Shown here piece after piece: positions 7,802-18,443 of a stretch of DNA of 64,000 bases; position 1 is the stretch's first letter, and each line of letters starts with the position of its first letter. The DNA is taken from contig CAWANJ010000001.1 of assembly GCA_963783385.1 (NCBI GenBank), positions 64,001 to 128,000 on the forward strand. The letters run 5' to 3'. The stretch comes from an uncultured Gemmatimonadales bacterium (GTDB taxonomy: Bacteria; Gemmatimonadota; Gemmatimonadetes; Palauibacterales; Palauibacteraceae). Below the pieces are notes generated by a model. That model had not been told where the DNA came from, searched no databases, and worked only from the letters and a program-made list of their open reading frames with translations. Made by a program: the position numbers and the translations under genes.

Positions 7802-10800
7802 TCAGCCGCCCCCCTTCTTCCCATTGCCGGCCGCGCTCTTGTCGGGATAGGCCGGCGCGGGCGGCACCGGGTTCGGGTGCTCCCGCATCTCCTTCCGGAG
7901 CTCCTGCACGGCGGCGCGGAGCTGCGCGTCGTGGCCCCCGAAGGTCTGGTGCGGCGCGTTGTCGACCTCGATGTCGGGATCGACCCCGTGACCCTCGATG
8001 AGCCACTGCCCCTTCGGGCCGTACACGCCCATCTCGGCCGCCGAGGCGATGCCGCCATCCACGAGCACGTTGTCGAAGCTGAGCCAGATCTCCCCGCCCC
8101 ACGTCCGGGTGCCGAGCAGCTTGCCCAGCCCCAGCCGCCGAAAGCCCGCGCTGAACGCCTCGCCGTCGGATGCGGTGTGCTCGTTGATGAGCGCGATCGT
8201 GGGCCCGCGGAAGGCCTCCTGCATGTTCCAGCGTGGGCGCCTCCTTGCGAGCCTTGAAGTACATCCAGGCGCGCCGCATGAGTTTCTCCAGGATCCAGCT
8301 GTCGATGTTGCCGCCCCGGTTGTTGCGCACGTCGATGATGAGGGCCTGGCGGTCGAACACGGGGTAGAACTGGCGCTCCCATGCGGCGATGTCCGAGGAG
8401 CCCATGGCGCGCAGGTGCACGTACCCGATCGAGTCGTGGCTGAGGCTGTCGACCTCGAGCCGGCGCGTGTACTCCCACTCGTCGTAGCGCAGGTCGGCGG
8501 CCTGCCGCTCGCCGATGGGCGTCACGATGGCCCGGCGCTCCGCGCCGCCGGCCGCCGGCCGGATCGACAGCAGGATCTGCTTGCCCGCCTTGTGCCGCAG
8601 GAGGGCGCGGTAGTCCGGGACGGACAGCGTCGAGACGCCGTCGATGGCCGTGAGCACGTCGCCGTCGCGCGCCTCGACGCCCGGCCGGGCCAGCGGCGAG
8701 AGCTGGTCGGGAAGGTCGGGGTCGGCGCGGTAGATGTGCTCGACCCTGTAGCCGCCGGCCTTCGGATCCCGCTGCAGCCGCGCCCCGAGCGAGGCCACCT
8801 GGATGGTGTCCTGGCCCGGGCGCATGTCGCCGCCCACCACGAAGGTGTGGAGCGCCGAGAGCTCGGCCACCATCTGGCCGATCACGTCGGACAGCTCCTC
8901 GCGGTCCGTGACCCGCCGCGCCAGCGGGAGGTACTTCTCCTCCATGGCCGGCCAATCGACGCCGTGCATGCCGGGGTCGTAGAAGTAGTCACGGTGCAGC
9001 CGCCAGGCCTCCCGAAACATCTCCATGTACTCGCGCCTCGGGTCCACCTGCAGGGTCCAGTCCCCCAGGTCGACCTGGTCATCGGCCAGCTTGGAAGGAG
9101 GCTTGGGGCCGGCGCCGAACACGTACAGGTCGTCCCCCTTCCGCACCAGGATCTTCTTCCCATCAGCCGACAGCTCGTAGCTGCGCACGCCCTCGACGAG
9201 GGTGGTGGGCTCGGGCTCGTGGTTGGTGATCTCGAGCGCCTCGAGCTTCCTGGTGCGCCGCTCCCCGTTCTCCGACGAGAGCCAGAAGAGCGTCCCGTCC
9301 CCCGCCGACAGGTCGGCGTAGTTGCCGGGCGGGACCGGGACCTCCTCCAGGCGGTCCTGGATCCCCTGAAGCTGGACCCGTACCCGCGGGGGGCGTCGAG
9401 GTCGTGTCGGACCCACCCTTCCCCCTCGCCGTGCGATCCGCCCCCGCCTTGCCACCGCGCTCGCCGGACGCCGACGGACGCGGGCTCGAGCTCGTCGTCG
9501 GGCCGGAAGGGCGAGCGCGTGCCGGGCTCGAGGGCGAGCGCGTAGATCCTGGTGGTGCGGGTGAAGTAGGGCTCGGGCTGCCGGGCGCCCCACGGCGAGC
9601 CCACCGAGGACACGAAGTGCCGGTCGGAGAGGAGGTACAGCCACTTCCCGTCCCGGCTCCATGAGGGCGAGTAACTGGCGTAGCGCGTCGTCGTCACGGG
9701 TGTCGTCGAGCCGTCGTCCACGCCGTACAGGACGACCCGCTCGAACCCGTTCTCGAGCGGCTCCACGTAGGCCAGCCAGCGCGAGTCGGGCGACCAGGCC
9801 AGGTCCCCGAAGTCCCCGTACTCCGAGCGGGCGATCTCCTTGGAGCGCCCCGTGGAGGTGTCCAGGATCCAGAGCCGGTGGTCCTTGTCGTAATGGGCGA
9901 CGCGACGCCCGTCCGGCGCGGGAACGGCGTCCCAGCGCATGATCGTGCCGTCGTGGGTGAGCTGACGTGGCTTGCCGACGCCGTTGGCCGGCAGCTTCCA
10001 GATCTCGACCTCTCCGGTGGAGTCCGACAGCGCAATCAGCGAGTCGCCGCCGGGAGTGAAGCGGGCCCGCCGGTAACGCACGCTGTTGGTGCGTGTCGCT
10101 TCCACGAAGCGGCCCTGCCGCGCGGGGGCCACGAACAGCTGCCCGCGGGCCGTGAGGACGACCCGGTCGCCCGTGGGGGAGAGGTGGACGGCGGTCAGGT
10201 AGTCCATCGGGTCGTGGACCCAGTGGGGCCGAAGCTGGTCGAAGTCGGAGGCCAGGCGAATGGGAACGGTCCGATCCTGGCCGGAGGCGATGTCGAGCAC
10301 GTGGAGGTCGGCGCCGGCCTGGTACACGACGCGGCCGTCGGAGAGGGAGGGTGACTCGAGGTTGTAGACCTCGTGGTGCGTGAGCTCGTTAGGTCTCCGC
10401 CGTTCTCGTCCATGGACCACAGGTTCATGACGCCGTCGCGGTCCGAGGCGAACACGACCCGGCCCTCCCACAGCATCGGGTCCTTGCTCGTGCCCGGATA
10501 GTCGGTGGTCAGCGGCGTGGCCTCCTTCGCTCCCGTCTCGTACTTCCACAGCTGCTGCACGCTCCCGCCCTCGTAGCGATCGGTGTGGCTGCCCTGGAAG
10601 GGGAGGCGCGTGAAGTACAGGACCTTGCCATCGGGGCCGTAGACGCCGTCGGAGGCCTGCGCCAGCGGGAGCACCGTGCGATCGTGCGTCGCCGTGTCGA
10701 GAGCCACGAGCTGCGCGTTGGGAAGGGTCGAGTAATGACGCGTCGTGTACAGGATCCGTCCGTCGGGCGTCCATCCGACCACGGTCGCCCCGCCGCCGTC

Positions 10801-11230
10801 CCAGCTCCGCCTCACGGGCACGCCGCCCGCGATCGGCATCGTGTACACCTCGGTCGGGCCCTCGTAGGAAGCCGTGAACGCGAGCGTGCGGCCATCGGGC
10901 GAGAAGGCCGCGTCCCGCTCCTCCCGCAGCCCGGTCGTGAGCCGTCGTGCCTCGCCGCCGTGGATCCCGACCGACCACAGGTCGCCCTCCGCCGTGAACA
11001 CGATCGTCGTGTCGTACAGGGCCGGATACCGGTAATAGCCCGGCTCGTCGGCGCTGTCGGGCGCCGGCCGCCCGGACGGCGCGCGGCCCGGCGCCCGGTG
11101 GCCGGGGCCGCGCTGTGGCGAAGGCGGTCGGCGAGGAGGCGGCGATCGCGGGGGCCGGGGCGGTCGCGGTCAGCGAGGCGACGAAGATCAGGACGGTGGA
11201 GAGCACCGACGAACGGCGGGCGGTCATCAC
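7802..11230 (-). CDS. Tricorn-like S41 peptidase (beta-propellers, PDZ, catalytic domain); 4-5 frameshifts in this sequence
   Basis: Signal peptide, YYRYPALY..TIVFTAEGDLW, PD40 repeats, AWRLHRDYFYDPGMHGVDW, IDVRNNRGG and TASDGE...GTRTWGG, spread over different frames. Shifts near 11080, 10390, 9470/9385 and 8230. Confidence 0.85.
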
Positions 11231-11299
11231 GGGCTCCTTGACGCGGGTGGTCGTGCGCGCGGCCCCGGCCCGGCACGGCCCGGCGAGGCCGGCCCAACG

Positions 11300-12736
11300 C
11301 TAGAGGAGATCACCCTCCCCGGCAAGGCGCTCGGCGCGGCGCGCGATGGCCCGCACCAGTCCTCCGAAGATCACCGCGTGCGCCGGATACAGCCCGTACC
11401 AGTACAGGAGCCCCGGCAGGCCCCGCGGCGCGAAGTAGGCGGTCTGCACCAGGCGCGTCCCCTCGCCTTCGCCGCGCGTCTCCCACTGGAGCCAGGCCCG
11501 ACCGGGGAGCCTCATCTCGGCGTGCAGCCGCAGTCGCTCCGGCGGCTGCACGACCTCCGCGCGCCAGAAGTCGACCGCCTCGCCCACACGCAGCTCGTCG
11601 GGATGGCGCCGGCCGCGCCGCAGCCCCGGCCCCCCGGCCACCCGGTCCAGGAGCCCCCGCAGCCGCCACGCCCACGACCAGGCCGGCCAGCCCCGGTCGC
11701 CTCCCAGTCCCGAGAACACGCGGTACACGACCTCGGGCGGGGCCGCCACGCGTAGCTCGCGCGCCTCGCGTACGAGCCCCTCCCGCTCCTCGAGCACACG
11801 GGGGCCGGGCCGTCCGAGCGCGTCGGACCAGCGCGTGATCACGGCCCCGGACACGGTCTCGTCCAGCGCCCGGCGGACCGCCTCCCGGTAGGGAAGCGGC
11901 TCGATCCCGGGATACAGCCGGCGCGCCCGTTCGACGTCCGCGGTCACCGGCTGGAGGACGCCCTCGATGAGGGGGACGGCCAGCCGGTTGGGGATCGGCG
12001 TGACGAGGCCCACCCAGCGCGCGGCCAGGCTCGGCGCCAGGACCGGAACCGGGAGGATGATCCGCTTCAGCCCCCGGACCTCGGCGTACACCTCCATCAT
12101 GCTCCGGAAGGTGAGGACGTCGGCTCCCACTTCGATCACCTCGCCCGGTCTCCCCTCGCCGGCCTCCAGCAGGTAGGAGAGAATGTCGTCGACCGCGATC
12201 GGCTGCACCGGGTTTCGGATCCAGCGCGGCGCCACCATGAGCGGGAGCCGCTCGGTCAGGTAGCGCACCATTTCGAAGGACGCCGAGCCGGAGCCGATGA
12301 CCGGTCCGGCCCTCAGCTCGGTGGCGTCACACCCCCGGCGGAGGACGGCGCCGACCTCGGCGCGGCTGGACAGGTGCTCCGAGCGGACCGCTCCCCCCGG
12401 GACCAGTCCCCCCAGATAGACCACGTGGCACGCGGCCTCCCGGGCGGCCGCGGCGAACGCGGCCGCGCCACGGCGGTCCCGCTCGGCGAAGTCGCCGCCG
12501 GCCCCCATCGAGTGGACCAGGTAATAGGCGACGTCGCACCCGGCGAGCGCCGGCCCGAGCGACGCCGGTTCGAGCACGTCCCCGGCGACCACCTCGACCT
12601 CGGACGCCCAGGGCGCGCCCGCGGCCCGGTCCGGGTCGCGCACGAGGGCCCGGACGCCGTGGCCCCGCGCCAGGAGCAGCGGTAGGAGCCGGCCACCAAT
12701 GTAGCCGGTGGCTCCGGTGACCAGGATGCGCACCAC
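11300..12736 (-). CDS. Atypical SDR (NAD(P)-binding) with C-terminal DUF2867 domain, YbjT-like
   Basis: TGATGYIGG, YYLVHSM, IGSGSASFEM and AEMRLPGRAWL. GGAGG RBS before GTG 12736. Confidence 0.9.
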   Translation of the reverse strand: MVRILVTGATGYIGGRLLPLLLARGHGVRALVRDPDRAAGAPWASEVEVVAGDVLEPASLGPALAGCDVAYYLVHSMGAGGDFAERDRRGAAAFAAAAREAACHVVYLGGLVPGGAVRSEHLSSRAEVGAVLRRGCDATELRAGPVIGSGSASFEMVRYLTERLPLMVAPRWIRNPVQPIAVDDILSYLLEAGEGRPGEVIEVGADVLTFRSMMEVYAEVRGLKRIILPVPVLAPSLAARWVGLVTPIPNRLAVPLIEGVLQPVTADVERARRLYPGIEPLPYREAVRRALDETVSGAVITRWSDALGRPGPRVLEEREGLVREARELRVAAPPEVVYRVFSGLGGDRGWPAWSWAWRLRGLLDRVAGGPGLRRGRRHPDELRVGEAVDFWRAEVVQPPERLRLHAEMRLPGRAWLQWETRGEGEGTRLVQTAYFAPRGLPGLLYWYGLYPAHAVIFGGLVRAIARRAERLAGEGDLL

Positions 12737-12756
12737 GTTCGTCCTCCGCCGGGGCC

Positions 12757-15183
12757 TCAGACCGCGCGGCGCCGCGCGAGCCGCGCTTCCATGGCCTCGG
12801 GCGGGAGCGGCGCGTCGAAGAAGAAGCCCTGCGCCCACTGGCAGCCGACCGAGCGCGCCGCGTCGCGTTGCGGCTCCGACTCAATGCCCTCGGCCACCAC
12901 CGGGAGACCCAAATGCTGTCCCAGGGTGGCCACCGCCCGGCAGATGGCCAGGTCCGAGGGATCGCCTGGCAGACCGTGCGTGAAGCTCATGTCGAGCTTG
13001 AGCACGTCCAGCGACAGCGTCTTCAGGTACTGGAGGCTGGCGTAGCCGGTCCCGAAATCGTCGAGCGCCACGCGGCAGCCCAGGCCCCGCAGCCGGGCCG
13101 TGTGCTCGGGCCGGAGCATGGCGCCCGTCTCGGTGACCTCGAACACGAGGCGGGCCGGATCCATGCCCGTTTCGTCGAGGACGTGACGCACGCGGCCCAT
13201 GAGGTCCGGGTCGTCGAACTGACGCGGACTCAGGTTCACGAAAAGGGTCACGGCGTCCTCTCCGACGCGCCACGCCGAGCTCTCGCGGCAGGCTCGACGC
13301 AGGATCGCCTCCCCCAGGGAGAGGATGAGGCCCGTCTGCTCCGCCACCGGGATGAACTCGGCGGGCGGGCACAGGCCGCGCCCGGGATGCTCCCACCGCG
13401 CCAGCACCTCCGCCCCCACCACCTCTCCCGTCTGGAGGGAGACCACGGGCTGATAGTGGCATACGAAGGCGTCGGTGAGGATGCCGCGGCGGATCTCGTT
13501 CTCGAGCTCGAGGCGGCCCTGCTCCCGCCAGGTCCAGTCCTCCTCCGGATGGAACAGCCGGTACGCGGGACCCGGCTCCCGCTTGGCCCGGTAGAGAGCC
13601 AGATCGGCCGCCCGCACCAGCCGGTCCACGTCCGGCAGCTCCCCCTCGATCCAGCTCGCTCCCGGCCCCACGTACACCAGGCCGACGCTGGCCGAGAGGT
13701 GGATCTCCTGGTCGTCCGCCAGGAGCGGCCTCCGGAACAGGCCCGTGAGACGCTCGCCGGCGGCGGTCGCCTCCGCCTCGCTCTTCAATCCGGCCAGAAG
13801 GACCATGAACTCGTCCCCTCCCACCCTGGCCACGGTGTCGTGGCCGCGGAAGGCGTCCCGGAGTCGGGCAGCGGCCCGCTGGAGCACCGTGTCCCCGGCC
13901 TGGTGCCCCAGACTGTCGTTCACCCGCTTGAACCCATCCAGGTCCACGAACAGGAGAGCGAGCCCCTGCCCGTTCCTGTGGTGGTGCTCCAGCGCCATCG
14001 CGGCCCGGTCGTGGAAGAGGGTGCGGTTGGGCAGGTCGGTGAGGGAATCGTGCAGAGCCCGCCGCCGCAGCTCCTGCTCGAGAGCGCGCTGCCGGGTGAC
14101 GTCCCGGACGATGCCCTGGAAGCCGATCGGCCGACCGTCGACGTCGCGGACGACGGTGGCGCTCAGGAGCGCCGTGATGGCGCGACCACCGCGTCCCCGG
14201 AGCGCGACCTCGAAGTCGCGCACCGAACCGTGCTCCAGGATGACCCTGCGGAAGTCGGCCCGATCCTCCGGGTCGGCGTACAGGGTGAGCGCATCCGCCC
14301 CGACCGCCTCCCCCGGACGGAATCCGAACAACTCGCGAAACGCCCGGTTGGCCTCGACGATCGTCCCGTCCAGCTGGCTGAAGTAGACCGCCTCCTGCAC
14401 CTCCTCGAACAGGGTAGCGTAGCGGGACTCGGTGGCCCGCGCCGTCTCCTCGGCCCGGAGCTGGTCGGTGATGTCCAGCGCGAGTCCGACCGCGCCCACC
14501 AGGACGCCGTCGGGGTCACGCTGCGGCTCGACCCGAACCCGGTAGTGCCGTCCGGCCCACTGGGTCGCGTAGCTCACCGGCTCGCCCGTCTCGAGGACGG
14601 TCCGGTGCGCCGCGATGGACTCGAACCCGGGCTCGTCGGTGCCGAAGAACTCCTGCAGGGTCACGCCGACCGTCTGACCCGGGTCGAGGCCGAGCGCCTG
14701 AAGACCGGCGCCAATGCTCTGCGTGAAGCGCAGGTCCCGGTCCACCGCCCACAGGATGGCCGGCACCTGCTCCAGGAACAGGCCCAGCCGACGTCGATCG
14801 GTCCGGAGGCCCTGGAGGGCCCGGGCGTGCTCCTCCGCCGTCACGCTGGCCCGGCGACCGCGCCACACCAGCCAGGCCGAGGCCCAGATGACCAGGCCGA
14901 TCACCAGCCGGTTCACCAGGAGAACGTGGCTGTAGCCATGCTGTCCGAGCACCGGCCCCAGGGCGGCCAGAGTCGTGGACAGAGCCGCGATGGCGAAGGG
15001 GAACAGGGCCCCCGGATACCAGGATCCGACCAGCACGGCCAGCACGTAAGGCACGACGCCCAGGGCGCGGAACGGCGGGCTGGAGACGTCGTAGGCGAAG
15101 GTGAGCGCGCACACGAGGACGGCGAGCGCCACGGGCATCACCCGGGCCCGGCGGCCGGCGGACTGCAATGCGGGGCGGCTCAA
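12757..15183 (-). CDS. Membrane-anchored PAS-PAS-GGDEF-EAL diguanylate cyclase/phosphodiesterase
   Basis: N-terminal TM segments, two PAS domains, RGHD I-site with intact GGDEF, EVL variant of EAL and DDFGTG. Start may be ATG 15138. Confidence 0.93.
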   Translation of the reverse strand: MSRPALQSAGRRARVMPVALAVLVCALTFAYDVSSPPFRALGVVPYVLAVLVGSWYPGALFPFAIAALSTTLAALGPVLGQHGYSHVLLVNRLVIGLVIWASAWLVWRGRRASVTAEEHARALQGLRTDRRRLGLFLEQVPAILWAVDRDLRFTQSIGAGLQALGLDPGQTVGVTLQEFFGTDEPGFESIAAHRTVLETGEPVSYATQWAGRHYRVRVEPQRDPDGVLVGAVGLALDITDQLRAEETARATESRYATLFEEVQEAVYFSQLDGTIVEANRAFRELFGFRPGEAVGADALTLYADPEDRADFRRVILEHGSVRDFEVALRGRGGRAITALLSATVVRDVDGRPIGFQGIVRDVTRQRALEQELRRRALHDSLTDLPNRTLFHDRAAMALEHHHRNGQGLALLFVDLDGFKRVNDSLGHQAGDTVLQRAAARLRDAFRGHDTVARVGGDEFMVLLAGLKSEAEATAAGERLTGLFRRPLLADDQEIHLSASVGLVYVGPGASWIEGELPDVDRLVRAADLALYRAKREPGPAYRLFHPEEDWTWREQGRLELENEIRRGILTDAFVCHYQPVVSLQTGEVVGAEVLARWEHPGRGLCPPAEFIPVAEQTGLILSLGEAILRRACRESSAWRVGEDAVTLFVNLSPRQFDDPDLMGRVRHVLDETGMDPARLVFEVTETGAMLRPEHTARLRGLGCRVALDDFGTGYASLQYLKTLSLDVLKLDMSFTHGLPGDPSDLAICRAVATLGQHLGLPVVAEGIESEPQRDAARSVGCQWAQGFFFDAPLPPEAMEARLARRRAV

Positions 15184-15363
15184 GACGGGTCACCTCGTAG
15201 AGAGCGGTCGACGGCGCACGCGCGGACCGGCCGCTCAACATAGCGAGAGCGGTGCGCCGGGGACACGACCGCCGGCACCGCCCCCGGTGCGGACGCCGGC
15301 ACTCGAGACCGGTTCGGGGTACATTCGGGGTGCGCCGACCGACGATCCCCGTACCCCGGACCC

Positions 15364-17565
15364 ATGGCACCCCTGGATCCCCTGGACAGACTGAACCCCG
15401 AGCAGCGGCGGGCCGCAGAGCACGTGGAGGGCCCCCTCCTCGTGCTGGCCGGCGCCGGGAGTGGCAAGACGCGCGTGCTCACGACCCGGGTGGCCCGGCT
15501 CATCGACGAGCACGGCGTGCCGCCCGAGCGCATCCTCGCCGTCACCTTCACGAACCGGGCGGCCGCCGAGATGCGCGAGCGCATCGAGCGTCTCCTCGGG
15601 GGGCCGCCCGCCGGCCTGTGGGCCGGCACCTTCCACGCGTTCGGGGCCTGGCTGCTGCGGCGGCACGCCCCGTCGATCGGCCACTCTCGCCGCTTCTCCA
15701 TCCACGACGCGGACGAGTCGCTGGCCCAGGTGGGCCGGGCCCTGGACGACCTGGGGCTCGACCGTCAACGGTGGCGCCCGCGGGCCATCCGGGGCCGGAT
15801 CGCCGCCGCCAAGCACTGGCTGCTCACGCCGGACGCTCACGCCGCCATGCTGGGCGCCGATCCGAAGCCGCTCGAGCGCGTGGTTCGCGACGTCTACGCC
15901 GCCTACCAGTCGGCGCTGGCCCGGCAGGACGCGCTCGACTTCGAGGACCTGCTCATGAAGGCGGTCGAGCTCCTGCGGGACGAGCCCGAGATCCTGGAGC
16001 GCTACCGTCGCCGGTTCGCGTTCATCCTGGTCGACGAGTACCAGGACACGAACCACGCGCAGTACCGTCTCGTCCAGCTGCTGGCCGCCGGGCACCGGAA
16101 CCTCATGGTCGTGGGCGATGACGACCAGTCGATCTATGGATGGAGGGGCGCGGACATCCGGAACATCTTCGAGTTCGAGGAGGACTTCGAGGGCTGCCGG
16201 ACCGTTCGACTGGAGCAGAACTACCGTTCCACGGGCCGCATCCTGGCCGCGGCGAACGCGGTCATCGCCCACAACCGCAAGCGCAAGGCGAAGACTCTCT
16301 ACACCGACGGGCCCGAGGGGGAGAAGCTCCTCGTCGTGCGGGCGTCCGACGACCGGACCGAGGCGCGCTGGATCGCGGACGCGATCGAGGAGGGCGTGAC
16401 CTCGGCCGACGGCCACCGCTACCGCGACTTCGCCATCCTGTACCGGACCAACGCGCAGTCCCGAGCTCTGGAGGACGCGATCCGCCGGCGCGGCATGCCC
16501 TACCAGATCGTGGGCGGCGTCCGCTTCTACGAGCGACGGGAGATCCGGGACGTCCTCGCCTACCTGCGCCTGATCTCGAACCCGCGCAATGTGGCCGCGT
16601 TCGAGCGGGCGGTGCGCTGGCCTCGCCGCGGGGTGGGGGAGGTCACGCGCGGGCGCCTGCTGGCCTGGGCGCGGGAGACCGACCTCACACCCGTCGAGGC
16701 GGCCACGAGGGCCCGGGAGGCCGCGGACGTCCCGGCGGCCGGCGCGCGCGGGCTCGAGGCCTTCGGCGAGATGATCGGCCGCTACCGGTCCCTGGCGCGG
16801 GCGGTGCCGGCCGCGGAGCTCCTCCGGCGCCTCGTCGAGGAGCTCGACCTGCTGCAGGCCCTGCGCGAGGAGGGGCCCGAAGGGGAGGAGCGGGCCGACA
16901 ACGTGTCCGAGCTGGTGGGGGCGGCGGCCGAGGTCGACGAGCGCGGCGCGCGGCCGCGGGAGGGCGCCGCCGTGCCCCTCACGCCGGAGGCCGAGCTCAC
17001 ATCGCTGGATCGGTTCCTCCAGGAGGTCGCGCTGGTGGCGGACGTGGACCGCGCGGATCCGGACGCCGACGCCGTGCTGCTCATGACGCTCCACAACAGC
17101 AAGGGCCTCGAGTTCCCACGGGTCTTCCTGGCCGGCATGGAGGAAGGGCTGTGCCCGCACTCGCGCTCAGCCGGCTCGGAAGACGACCTGGAGGAGGAGC
17201 GGCGCCTGTTCTACGTGGGGCTCACGCGTGCCCGCGAGCGGGTCGTTCTCACACACGCCGCTTCGCGGCGCCGGTTCGGCCGCCGGAGCTGGTCGGCGCC
17301 CTCGTCCTTCCTGCGCGAGCTGCCGGCCGAGCACGTGGAGGAGCTCCGTACCGGGCTCGCCGGGACACCGGACGTCGAGGACGCCCGCTCCGTCGACTGC
17401 CCCTTCGAAGTCGGCGACGCGGTTCGCCACCCGCGGTTCGGCGAGGGAACGGTGGTCGAGGTCCATGCGGAGGGAGGCGATCCCCGGCTCGTCGTCACCT
17501 TCGCGGACGGACGTACGCGTCACCTCATCCTGGCGTACGCGCGGCTGGAACCCGTCTCCGACTAG
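15364..17565 (+). CDS. pcrA: ATP-dependent DNA helicase UvrD/PcrA
   Basis: AGAGSGKT, VDEYQD, GDDDQSIYGWRGA, LEQNYRST, TLHNSKGLEF, EERRLFYV and a C-terminal Tudor-like domain (VRHPRFGEG). Confidence 0.95.
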   Translation: MAPLDPLDRLNPEQRRAAEHVEGPLLVLAGAGSGKTRVLTTRVARLIDEHGVPPERILAVTFTNRAAAEMRERIERLLGGPPAGLWAGTFHAFGAWLLRRHAPSIGHSRRFSIHDADESLAQVGRALDDLGLDRQRWRPRAIRGRIAAAKHWLLTPDAHAAMLGADPKPLERVVRDVYAAYQSALARQDALDFEDLLMKAVELLRDEPEILERYRRRFAFILVDEYQDTNHAQYRLVQLLAAGHRNLMVVGDDDQSIYGWRGADIRNIFEFEEDFEGCRTVRLEQNYRSTGRILAAANAVIAHNRKRKAKTLYTDGPEGEKLLVVRASDDRTEARWIADAIEEGVTSADGHRYRDFAILYRTNAQSRALEDAIRRRGMPYQIVGGVRFYERREIRDVLAYLRLISNPRNVAAFERAVRWPRRGVGEVTRGRLLAWARETDLTPVEAATRAREAADVPAAGARGLEAFGEMIGRYRSLARAVPAAELLRRLVEELDLLQALREEGPEGEERADNVSELVGAAAEVDERGARPREGAAVPLTPEAELTSLDRFLQEVALVADVDRADPDADAVLLMTLHNSKGLEFPRVFLAGMEEGLCPHSRSAGSEDDLEEERRLFYVGLTRARERVVLTHAASRRRFGRRSWSAPSSFLRELPAEHVEELRTGLAGTPDVEDARSVDCPFEVGDAVRHPRFGEGTVVEVHAEGGDPRLVVTFADGRTRHLILAYARLEPVSD

Positions 17566-17690
17566 CGGTCGGCACCGGCCCCGCCGCACCCGTCCCCCCG
17601 CCGCGCTGTCGGGCCGGCAGGCTCCCTGCCGAGACGGCCCTAGGCGACCGCCAGAGCCCGCAAGAATGGCGGGTTTCGGGCCCCTGGACC

Positions 17691-17706
17691 GGGCACGCGG
17701 ATTGCG
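17691..17706 (+). promoter_or_regulatory. Sigma54 (-24/-12) promoter upstream of hsp20
   Basis: GGGCACG-CGGA-TTGCG, 85 bp before the ATG. Confidence 0.65.
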
Positions 17707-17790
17707 ACCCCGAAAGGGGTGCGTTCCGGTGGCGGAGGCCCCGGGACGGGACATCGATGACTGGAAAGCGAGACACGAGGGAGGTGCACG

Positions 17791-18246
17791 ATGCTTCCGG
17801 AGACGACACGGAGGGAACGGGGAGTCGTACGTCGCCCGTGGACGGGGACCCTGCGTCCCGATCTGGCGAACCTGTTCGATGACTTCTTCGGCCGTCCGCT
17901 CAGCACCTGGAGCGCGTGGACGCCGGCGGCGGACCTGTACGAGACGCCCGAGGCCTTCGTCCTCGAGATGGAGCTTCCCGGCTTCGATCTCGACGACATT
18001 GAGCTGACGATGGAGAAGGGCGTGCTCACGGTCGCCGGCGAGCGCAAGACGGAGGAGAAGGAGCAGGAGAAAACCTATCACCTGCAGGAGCGGTCGGTGG
18101 AACGGTTCACCCGCAGCTACGCGCTGCCGCGCTCCGTCGAGGTCGATCGGGTGGACGCCAACTTCTCGAACGGGGTGCTCAAGGTCTTGCTGCCCAAGGC
18201 GGCCGAGGCCAAGCCCCGCCGGATCGAGGTCAAGCCCAAGAAGTAG
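17791..18246 (+). CDS. Hsp20/alpha-crystallin small heat-shock protein
   Basis: GGAGG RBS; P.ADLYET, ELPG, F.RSY.LP, A.FSNGVLKV.LPK and C-terminal IEV motif. Confidence 0.95.
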   Translation: MLPETTRRERGVVRRPWTGTLRPDLANLFDDFFGRPLSTWSAWTPAADLYETPEAFVLEMELPGFDLDDIELTMEKGVLTVAGERKTEEKEQEKTYHLQERSVERFTRSYALPRSVEVDRVDANFSNGVLKVLLPKAAEAKPRRIEVKPKK

Positions 18247-18287
18247 GGTCGCGGACCGCGGCGACGCCGCGCGTTCGAGGTCGTAGG

Positions 18288-18318
18288 AGGGGGGGCCGCA
18301 GGATCGGCCCCCCTTTCT
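18288..18318 (+). terminator. Intrinsic terminator after hsp20
   Basis: GGGGGGCCG-caggat-CGGCCCCCC followed by TTTCT. Confidence 0.7.
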
Positions 18319-18443
18319 CACGTTCTCCACCCGGCCCCTTCCCGTGCGGTGGCGATGCCGGGCCGGGGCTCGTCTATTGTATGCCGTCGTCGCGCGTGGG
18401 CCGGGTCGCCCCGGCCGACGCTTCCCAGCCACGGAGGCAGGAG

